Assembly (NCBI GenBank): GCA_030587475.2
Contig: JAUQYZ020000014.1
Location: 1-17,247, forward strand
Length of the DNA: 17,247 nucleotides
Origin: Candidatus Sigynarchaeum calidifontis
GTDB lineage: Archaea > Asgardarchaeota > Lokiarchaeia > Sigyniarchaeales > Sigyniarchaeaceae
Reading direction: 5' to 3'
Each line of letters starts with the position of its first letter. The stretch's first letter is position 1. The position numbers were made by a program, and so were the translations under genes. Positions 1 to 7,282 of this stretch are shown here, piece after piece. Below the pieces are notes generated by a model. That model saw only the letters and a list, made by a program, of their open reading frames with translations, did no database searches and was not told the DNA's origin.

Positions 1-75
1 TTTGGTATTGACATTTCAGAACACAAGACGTTCGCCTACCCGGAGGAGATGATGGAAAAAGGGATTTTCAATTGA
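1..75 (+). CDS. 3' end of a CDS entering from the left edge (…FGIDISEHKTFAYPEEMMEKGIFN*), product unknown
   Basis: Frame 1 is open from base 1 to TGA at 73-75. The stop overlaps the GAGGTGA ribosome-binding motif of the next ORF, as in operon coupling. Confidence 0.55.
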   Translation, partial: FGIDISEHKTFAYPEEMMEKGIFN

Positions 76-85
76 GGTGAATCGG

Positions 86-322
86 ATGGTTCCCGACGAA
101 ACAATTGATTGCGAGCGAGAAAGGCGGGAAAAACTCGAACAAGAGATCTCGCGGCAGAGGGAATTCGTGCGGCAGCAATCTGTATCGCCTCCTTTGCCGA
201 GCACGGGCGATGCCCGATACGATCAACTCGTCCGTGAAATGGCTCGCATGCAGAAATGCATCGATGACCTCTGCCGGGATGTCAGGACATTGAAGATGCG
301 AAACGAGAGAAAATGGGTATAG
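86..322 (+). CDS. Small coiled-coil-like hypothetical protein (78 aa)
   Basis: ATG at 86 follows the SD-like GAGGTGA (74-80). Charged helical segments (ERERREKLEQEISRQRE; YDQLVREMARMQKCIDDLCRDVRTLK). TAG stop followed by a T-rich tract. Confidence 0.65.
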   Translation: MVPDETIDCERERREKLEQEISRQREFVRQQSVSPPLPSTGDARYDQLVREMARMQKCIDDLCRDVRTLKMRNERKWV

Positions 323-327
323 CATCA

Positions 328-364
328 CGCGAATTCTCGCGAGGATTCCTCTTTCATTTTTTTA
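328..364 (+). terminator. Probable intrinsic terminator (short inverted repeats followed by oligo-T)
   Basis: cgcgaattctcgcg and aggattcct followed by ctttcatttttttta directly after the stop at 322. Oligo-T tracts are the usual archaeal terminator signal. Confidence 0.45.
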
Positions 365-578
365 CCGTTCGCCCCGATATAACGTGCCATCATTGCCCAG
401 AACCGCCCCGCGCGCGTGGCGACGGGGCACGCGTGCAGCGAACAACCGATAACACGAAGTAACCATACATCGCGATACATTCTATCCGATAAGAGCCCGT
501 CAACTCACGAGGAATCTGGCGTGGCTACCCCGTGATGTTTAAAACGAATGAGGAGCATCATCCTCATTGTGCGTAGTC

Positions 579-1826
579 ATGGATCTCCAGACGACTTACT
601 CGAAGGACTCGTCGACATCGTTCGACACGTTTAAGGCAGCCTACGAGTACTTCGGTCGCGTTCTATCCGGCGTAGAAAAGGTGCGCGTGCACCTCGACTC
701 GATCCCGGGCATGCCATGGCGACCCTTGTTCATTCCCATCTTCTCGCGGCAGAAAAATGGCGGGACGATCGTCGCCGAGGCACGCCTTATGATCAAGCAA
801 GACATGCGGTTCGGTTTCGACCGCCTGGTGCTACAATCGGTCGTCGCGGCGCGGCTCTTCAACGACGGGGAGCGGTTTCGCGTTAACGTGCTGGTCGAGG
901 GCAAGTGGGATCCGTCTTACTGGGGGCCAGACGACTCGAGACGCATGCAAGAATTGCACGATTCACTCACCGCCATCGCCATCGAACCGCCGACGCTCGA
1001 GGAAGGCGGTGCGATGCCCACGTCCATGCTGATCTTGTCGCAAGCGCTCTCCAGGCGGCGAAACGTGGTCGTGAGCCTCGTGCACTTGAAGGACAGCCTA
1101 TACTGCGTCTCTGCCAACACGGCATGGCGGCGATCCAGGGGCAAGGATCCAGAAATCATCCTCTACTATGACGCCGCGGAAGGCAAGGTCGGGACCCAGT
1201 TTCTCAAGCGATCGCACGTGGACGCGTTGTGCAAGGCAGCCAAGGACATCCAAAACGTGGACCTCGATCTGGCCGAGAAAATCGAGAAACTCAAGGAGGA
1301 GCGGGTCATCGAGCAAACCAACAAGGTTTATGCAGCACGGGACACGGCGGCCGCGATGGCCTTCCAATCGGGCTACATCATGAGCGAGGTGGATCCCATG
1401 TTCATGTACGCCGCCGTGCAAGGCCTCGATTCGTTCGGGTCATCGATCCGGGCTGCTGGCGGCTCGTTGCGGTTCGATAACGTGACCATTACAGGCTCCG
1501 GACGTGCAGGTGGAGGGATCGGTGCCGATCTTGGCGGGCTTTTCAGCGGTGGCAGTGGTTCGGACGATGATGCAATCCTCATCATAATCATCATCGTTGC
1601 CGTGGTCGTGTTCCTCGTGACAGCTGGCCTCGTCATCTGGGGCATCCAGAAGGCCATGACGAGGGCGGAGAAGGGCGACGTGTCGATGACCTATTATATC
1701 GGCAAGAAGGTTCCCGCCGCGAAACTAGGTAAAAAGAAGGGCACGAGCAAGGCCAGCAAGGAGGAAAGCACGATTCGCAGGTATCGAACGCCGAAGATCT
1801 ACGCCGATGACATGAAAGCAAAATAA
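579..1826 (+). CDS. Hypothetical single-pass membrane protein with a C-proximal TM helix and Lys-rich tail
   Basis: Long ORF with host-like codon use; first ATG at 579. Contains a short coiled coil (DLAEKIEKLKEERVIEQ), a Gly-rich linker, a hydrophobic run (AILIIIIIVAVVVFLVTAGLVIWGI) and a basic tail. No N-terminal signal peptide is evident. Confidence 0.8.
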   Translation: MDLQTTYSKDSSTSFDTFKAAYEYFGRVLSGVEKVRVHLDSIPGMPWRPLFIPIFSRQKNGGTIVAEARLMIKQDMRFGFDRLVLQSVVAARLFNDGERFRVNVLVEGKWDPSYWGPDDSRRMQELHDSLTAIAIEPPTLEEGGAMPTSMLILSQALSRRRNVVVSLVHLKDSLYCVSANTAWRRSRGKDPEIILYYDAAEGKVGTQFLKRSHVDALCKAAKDIQNVDLDLAEKIEKLKEERVIEQTNKVYAARDTAAAMAFQSGYIMSEVDPMFMYAAVQGLDSFGSSIRAAGGSLRFDNVTITGSGRAGGGIGADLGGLFSGGSGSDDDAILIIIIIVAVVVFLVTAGLVIWGIQKAMTRAEKGDVSMTYYIGKKVPAAKLGKKKGTSKASKEESTIRRYRTPKIYADDMKAK

Positions 1827-1961
1827 TCGTGATGGCGCGGCGACGCCAGTGCACGTTCGCGCCCATCTGGCCGCGGATCCCTCATATATATCCTGAACAC
1901 GTATAATGCATTCGAGGGACGGGTGCCTTGCATCTCGGAACACGGAAGATTTGATGATATC

Positions 1962-2528
1962 ATGAACTCTAAACGAGGTGTACCGCGCAACCGCGGCGCG
2001 CGACATCGACCGATGGTGGCAGGGCAACACGGGCAAAAAAACGAACTCTCATCCGGCCAGGGCAGTGAAACGATCGATGATGCCCCGGCCATCGACTGGC
2101 TCTTCGATGAACATGTACCCGCCGACCAGCAACAAGGGGGAGACAAGCACGATAGCGAGCCACCAATCGCTGGTACAAGACCGCAACCCGGACAGATGCC
2201 ATCGGCTTCCGCCGCGAGCCCATCGCGGGAGGGGCCGGGTGTCCTCCGGGTCGTGCCATCAGAATCGCCCCGGGATAGAATCTTCATCCCGATCGGCAAG
2301 GAACACCCGCCCTCGCTCGTGCTCAAGTGTACCACGTGCAACTTGACCAAGATTATTGCCCACCCGTCGAACGAGCTCGTGTACGTCTGCAACAAATGCA
2401 AACACCCGTTCCACGTGGTCACCGAGTGCCCCGCTTGCGGGAACAAGCTGGTGCTCACGCAAGACGAGTACCATGCCACGTCCACCAGAAAGCACTGCCC
2501 AGTGTGCCTGGAACCTACCACGGAATGA
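1962..2528 (+). CDS. Double zinc-ribbon protein with a disordered N-terminus
   Basis: Four CxxC pairs (CTTC, CNKC, CPAC, CPVC) in the last ~70 aa. Start is uncertain (ATG 1962 or 2013). AT-rich tatata near 1885-1890 upstream. Confidence 0.75.
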   Translation: MNSKRGVPRNRGARHRPMVAGQHGQKNELSSGQGSETIDDAPAIDWLFDEHVPADQQQGGDKHDSEPPIAGTRPQPGQMPSASAASPSREGPGVLRVVPSESPRDRIFIPIGKEHPPSLVLKCTTCNLTKIIAHPSNELVYVCNKCKHPFHVVTECPACGNKLVLTQDEYHATSTRKHCPVCLEPTTE

Positions 2529-2551
2529 GTGAAAATAAGGAATGGGGAGAT

Positions 2552-3787
2552 CTATTTTTTCTTGAGGCCTTTCTTGATGTTGAACGCCATGCGGGACTGG
2601 AGCCCGTGGATCTCGATGAACCCAGCGCTTGCTTTCTGGTCGTACGTGGAGCCAATCTCGTACGTGGCCAGCTTGTAGCTGTACAAGGCATTCGGCGAGT
2701 CCCGCGCGACCGCTCGGGCGCTGCCCTTGAGGAGCAAGACCTTGACCCAGCCCGTGACGCGATTGTTAACCTCGTTTATGAACGCGTCAAGATCGTCCTT
2801 CAAGGGATCGACCCACAAGCCCTCGTAGACGAGTTCTGTCCACCGCTGGTCTACGAAGGTCTTGAACGAATTTTCATGCTTCGTGCACACATACTTCTCC
2901 AGATCCTTGTGGGCGGCGATGAGCGTGACCGCCGCTGGGCACTCGTAGGTTTCTCGCGACTTGAGACCGACCGTGCGGTCCTCCATGTGCTCGAGCCGGC
3001 CGACGCCGTTGCGGGCGGCGATCTTGTGGACCTCCTCGATGACCTTTACCGTGCTCATGACCTTGTCGTTGACGCTCACGGGAACGCCTTTATCGAAGCC
3101 AATCTTCACGACCTCGCCCGCGTCGGGCGCCTTGGCAGGGTTCACCGTCCACACGCACGCGTCCTCGGGGGGAATCTCTTCAGGGTGCTCGAGGATGTCG
3201 CACTCGCACGAGCGGCCGAACAAGTTTTCATCGGTGCTGTATTTCTTGTTGGCACTTGGAATCGGGATCCCGTGCTTCTTGGCATACTCGACCTCCTCGG
3301 CGCGGGATTTCATCTCCCAGTCGACGAGGGGCTGCAATACCTTGATGTCGGGCTTGAGCGCCTTGGCCGTGACGTTGATGCGCACTTGATCATTCCCTTT
3401 ACCCGTGCAGCCGTGGGCGATCGCGTCCGCGCCCTCTTTCTCGGCGATCAAGATGGCGTGCTTCGCGAGCAGCGGTCTGCCGATAGCCGTGCTGAGAGGA
3501 TAGATGCCCTGGTAAAGTCCGTTGGCCTTGATCGTGGGAACGATGTATTCATCCGTGAACTCATCCTTGAGATCGACCGTGTAGTGTTTCTCCACGCCGA
3601 GCTTGTATGCCTTCTCTTCGATGGCCTTGAAGCTCCCCTTGTCGCCAAGTTCTTGTCCAAGATCGGCCGTGAAGCTGATCACCTTGGCCTTGTACGTGTC
3701 TTGCAGCCATTTGAGCATGCACGACGTGTCGAGCCCTCCGGAATACATGAGGACGACCTTCTTGATCGCGCCAGCTTTGCTTGACAT
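2552..3787 (-). CDS. argG: Argininosuccinate synthase
   Basis: Signature motifs YSGGLDTS, HGCTGKGNDQVR, YSTDENLFGRS and GLKSRETYECPAA. 411 aa from ATG 3787 (MSSKAGAIKKVVLMY). Confidence 0.97.
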   Translation of the reverse strand: MSSKAGAIKKVVLMYSGGLDTSCMLKWLQDTYKAKVISFTADLGQELGDKGSFKAIEEKAYKLGVEKHYTVDLKDEFTDEYIVPTIKANGLYQGIYPLSTAIGRPLLAKHAILIAEKEGADAIAHGCTGKGNDQVRINVTAKALKPDIKVLQPLVDWEMKSRAEEVEYAKKHGIPIPSANKKYSTDENLFGRSCECDILEHPEEIPPEDACVWTVNPAKAPDAGEVVKIGFDKGVPVSVNDKVMSTVKVIEEVHKIAARNGVGRLEHMEDRTVGLKSRETYECPAAVTLIAAHKDLEKYVCTKHENSFKTFVDQRWTELVYEGLWVDPLKDDLDAFINEVNNRVTGWVKVLLLKGSARAVARDSPNALYSYKLATYEIGSTYDQKASAGFIEIHGLQSRMAFNIKKGLKKK

Positions 3788-3817
3788 GATAATCCCTACG
3801 CGAGAGAACGCGCCAGG

Positions 3818-3841
3818 TAAAAAAAGGATGGGGAGAAAAAA
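3818..3841 (-). terminator. Possible oligo-T terminator after the ABC permease
   Basis: The minus strand reads ttttttctccccatcctttttttt just after the permease stop. Confidence 0.35.
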
Positions 3842-3846
3842 CGTGG

Positions 3847-4989
3847 TCACTTGTTACCGAGCTTCTTGTAGAGCAAGACGCCCGCCAGGAACAAGCCCGC
3901 GCTGGTGATGCCCAGGATGGCCATGTCGAGCAACACGGTCGAGCTTCCCACCGGTGCCCCGCGCAAGAAGAGCGAGGTCACGGCGTCGGTGAAGTAATAG
4001 CTCGGCACGAACCGCCCGATGTCCGATGGCACCGGGACGAACGTGCCCAGGAACATCAAGGGGAGGATGAACACGAACGATAGCCCGGTCGCCATGCCCG
4101 CGTTCCTGGAAAGCGTGGCCGTTATCAACCCGCAGCCCACCGCGCATAGCGAGAACACCATGGACATGGCAAAAACCATGAAGTACGCGTCGATGCCGAC
4201 GCCGGGGCGGAAACCTACCGCGGTGGAGATGCCGAGAATGACCCCGGCTTGCATCGCGGCAAGCACGATGTTCGATACTATCTGGCTGCCGATCACGTCC
4301 CCGGCCGTCGCAGGCGTGACGTTGATGCGCTTGAGCAAGCCCTTCTCCTTTTGCTCGACGAAGGTCTCGGCGACGATCATGATCAAGAAGATGCCGGCGA
4401 ACGCGTACAAGCCAGGTGCCATGTAATCGAACTGGCTTCGCTTGTCTGCTGACACGAGCGATGGCGAGTTTAAATTAACCGGGAGTGAAGTCCCACTTGC
4501 CCCGGGCATGAGGGTCTCGAGCAAGACTTGGTAGAGGATAGGTGGTAGTGCCTGGGTGATGATCATGGATCCCGAGTCCAGTGCTAATACCAGGGACGTG
4601 TTCGTCCACGATGCCGGGTCTGACGGGTCGTCCACGAACGACTGGCAAGCATCTCCGAAATTCGCGGGGATCACGAGCATGGCATCGATCTTTCCCTCGG
4701 CCAGGTCACGCCGCGCGCTCGTCACGTCCGGATAAGGCACCACGTTGAGCATCGCGTTCGCGTCGATGCTTGCCGTGAATTCGCTTGCCCACGTGTAAGC
4801 GGTCGCGTCATCATCGATCACGCCGACATCGTATATCGATTCCATCCCGGTCCCGATCGCGCCAAAGGCGAGGCCGAACGCGAGGGTGAGCACGAGGGGA
4901 AAGATGATGACCATGAATAGCATCGCGGGGTTCCTGAACGTGCTCTTCATGTCCTTCTTGACGAGCGCGTATAGTCGCTTGACGTTCAT
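3847..4989 (-). CDS. ABC-2 type exporter permease
   Basis: Starts MNVKRLYALVKKDMKSTFRNP. One N-terminal TM, a large extracytoplasmic loop, then DYMAPG, EQKEKGLLKRINVTP and about 5 further TMs, including PSYYFTDA. The SD GGAGGAGGT lies in the ATPase 3' end. The track's 5220 start is an upstream extension. Confidence 0.92.
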   Translation of the reverse strand: MNVKRLYALVKKDMKSTFRNPAMLFMVIIFPLVLTLAFGLAFGAIGTGMESIYDVGVIDDDATAYTWASEFTASIDANAMLNVVPYPDVTSARRDLAEGKIDAMLVIPANFGDACQSFVDDPSDPASWTNTSLVLALDSGSMIITQALPPILYQVLLETLMPGASGTSLPVNLNSPSLVSADKRSQFDYMAPGLYAFAGIFLIMIVAETFVEQKEKGLLKRINVTPATAGDVIGSQIVSNIVLAAMQAGVILGISTAVGFRPGVGIDAYFMVFAMSMVFSLCAVGCGLITATLSRNAGMATGLSFVFILPLMFLGTFVPVPSDIGRFVPSYYFTDAVTSLFLRGAPVGSSTVLLDMAILGITSAGLFLAGVLLYKKLGNK

Positions 4990-4994
4990 CGTTG

Positions 4995-5768
4995 TCAGAC
5001 CTCCTCCTTGCGCATGTCCCGTCCCGTCAGCTTGATGAACACGTCCTCGAAGCACGTGCAGCCGTTGGCCGCCATCAGCTGTGCCGGCGAGCCGAGCGCG
5101 ATGAGCTTGCCCCGGTCGATGATCCCGATCCGGTCGGCCAGGTGCTCGGCCTCCTCCATGTAGTGCGTCGTGAGCACGATCGTCTTTCCCCGGGCCTTGA
5201 GCCCCTTCAAGTACGCCCATATCGCCCGCCGGCTCTGGGGGTCCATGGCCACCGTGGGCTCGTCGAGGAACAGGAAGGCCGGGTCGTTCACGAGGGCCAT
5301 GGCGATGCTGACCCGCTTGTTCAGCCCGCCGCTGTATTTTTGGGCGAGACGAGACGCGTGTTCATCCAGGAAAAGTTTGCCAAGGATCGCGGCGACATTT
5401 TTCTCGAGTGCTGTTCCTGAAAGGCCGTGCAGCTCGCCGAACAGCTCGACGTTCTCCTTTCCCGTGAGATAGGGGAAGATCGAACTTTCCTGGGGACATA
5501 CCCCGATCACGTGTTTGATCTTGTCCATTTCCCGTTGGACGTCGAACCCGCCGATGCTCGCGCTGCCACTCGTTGGTTCCAGCAAGCCACACAGCACCTT
5601 GATCGTCGTGGTCTTGCCGGCACCGTTCGGGCCGAGCAACGCGAATAACTCGCCCTTTTGGATGGTCAAGTTCAAGTGATCAACGGCCAAGACGTCGCCG
5701 TACCGCTTCACGAGGCCGTCGATCACGATGCCCCCCGGGCCAGTGTTTTCTTGTCCGTGAGTAACCAT
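4995..5768 (-). CDS. ABC transporter ATP-binding subunit (DrrA/CcmA-like exporter ATPase)
   Basis: Walker A GPNGAGKTT, Q-loop VCPQE, signature YSGG, Walker B FLFLDEPT and H-loop TTHYMEEA. Start could be 5768, 5780 or 5783. Confidence 0.95.
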   Translation of the reverse strand: MVTHGQENTGPGGIVIDGLVKRYGDVLAVDHLNLTIQKGELFALLGPNGAGKTTTIKVLCGLLEPTSGSASIGGFDVQREMDKIKHVIGVCPQESSIFPYLTGKENVELFGELHGLSGTALEKNVAAILGKLFLDEHASRLAQKYSGGLNKRVSIAMALVNDPAFLFLDEPTVAMDPQSRRAIWAYLKGLKARGKTIVLTTHYMEEAEHLADRIGIIDRGKLIALGSPAQLMAANGCTCFEDVFIKLTGRDMRKEEV

Positions 5769-5932
5769 TTCACGTGCCATCATGAAATTCACGCTCTGCG
5801 GTCTATGTCTATCCCGCCCTTCATTTAGGATGTCGAGGCCAAGCATTATCACCGACCATGAAAGGTTCGGTTGGAGGGCGTGAAGAGGGCCTTGTATCGA
5901 TCTTTTTTATCGCCTCGCAGCTTCAATAGCAC

Positions 5933-7264
5933 ATGCCCACGCGTTCCACGCATTCCAAGCTCGATGACAAGACAAGGAACAAGATCGCCGCCGAAATCGA
6001 GTACCGGCCGATCAAGATTGATGAACTGGAACAAATGGGCAAAGTCTTCAACATCGCCTTCCATTCAACTTCCAATCCCAAGGATTATGGCAATCGGTTC
6101 AAGAACTGCACTGAACCGGTTTTGGAGCGCCAGGTCGTCGCCGTGCACGAGGGAAAGGTGATTGCCGGTATCCGCGCGGACTACAAGCCGCTTTATTTCA
6201 ACGACGGCCCCGGGGGCAAGATGGCCAGGCATGAATGCGGCGAGATCAATGACGTGGCCACGCTTCCGTATTACCGCGGCATGGGCATCTCGCGGCGCCT
6301 CATCAACATGGCGATCGATTACATGGATCGCCAGGGTTGGGACCTTTCTGTATTACAAGCAGACCCGAAGTACTATGCCAAGGACCTGTACGAGTCGGTT
6401 GGTTTCAAGACGCTACCGAGCACGGGCGACATTTTTACAGTAGCTTTCGGCAGCTGGCGGGCCAGGTTCTCGTGGTACGGGCCACTGGCGCTGCTCTTCC
6501 CCTTGCTCCCGCCGATCGCCCGTCGCGTCGCTCCAAAGCCCCCAGCATTTTGCATGGACTTGATCCGAACCCCGAACCCTCGCGCCACGATTCCACAAGG
6601 CACCGCTTCGCCGGAAGCAAAGCCTTCCGTAGTACGCGTGACCGGCCAGATCGCCGCCTCGGATCCGTGGGTGCTTCGCTGGCGTGAATGCATGCACGTG
6701 ATGAAACAGCAAGTCCAGGGCTTGCACGATGCCCTCTTGCACGAGTTGTGCTTGGAACATGACCTCAACGAGCCGGCCCCGGCACGAATAAAAAAGTGGG
6801 TCGCGAGGACCAAGGCGGGAAAGGCATTTCTCGCCGAGACCGGCGGTCTCAGGGGCTATGCTCTCCTCCTCGAGCCGGCCCCGGGACGGCCACACTTGAC
6901 GGCCATCCCGTCACCGGAGGTGCCCGCGGCAAGCATCGTGGGTGGCGCGCGGTTCAAGGTGGAGCACTTCCAACGTGGCCGGCTGGGATTCACGCTTCCC
7001 ATGATCGACGCGTGCTGGGTGCTCCCGGAATATCAAGGACGTGGTTGGGGCAAGTTACTCGCCGGGCAAGTGAAGGCGTGGCTGGGACGGGTATTCCCGA
7101 TCATCGTGTGCCGGGCCGCGTCGGGCAACGTCCCCTTCCGAAAGGTGCTGCTGGGCGCCGGGTTCCACGAAATAGCCGGCGGGATAACCATGGTTCGACC
7201 AGGGAAGAACAAGGAACTTTACGACAAGCTGGCACGTGCCGTGGAGCCATGGGTGTTGTATTGA
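5933..7264 (+). CDS. Tandem GNAT N-acetyltransferase (two GNAT domains)
   Basis: Two acetyl-CoA-binding motif A copies: VATLPYYRGMGISRRL (with LYESVGF) and WVLPEYQGRGWGKLL (with LLGAGF). Confidence 0.85.
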   Translation: MPTRSTHSKLDDKTRNKIAAEIEYRPIKIDELEQMGKVFNIAFHSTSNPKDYGNRFKNCTEPVLERQVVAVHEGKVIAGIRADYKPLYFNDGPGGKMARHECGEINDVATLPYYRGMGISRRLINMAIDYMDRQGWDLSVLQADPKYYAKDLYESVGFKTLPSTGDIFTVAFGSWRARFSWYGPLALLFPLLPPIARRVAPKPPAFCMDLIRTPNPRATIPQGTASPEAKPSVVRVTGQIAASDPWVLRWRECMHVMKQQVQGLHDALLHELCLEHDLNEPAPARIKKWVARTKAGKAFLAETGGLRGYALLLEPAPGRPHLTAIPSPEVPAASIVGGARFKVEHFQRGRLGFTLPMIDACWVLPEYQGRGWGKLLAGQVKAWLGRVFPIIVCRAASGNVPFRKVLLGAGFHEIAGGITMVRPGKNKELYDKLARAVEPWVLY

Positions 7265-7282
7265 AAGGATATTAAAAAGGGT

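Noticed and set aside
2327-3784. 485-aa plus-strand ORF
   Set aside because: Antisense shadow of argG, expected from GC-rich codon bias. It has no recognisable motifs.
4990-5220. Track's N-terminal extension of the ABC permease
   Set aside because: It overlaps the ATPase in another frame. The SD and family alignment support the start at 4989.
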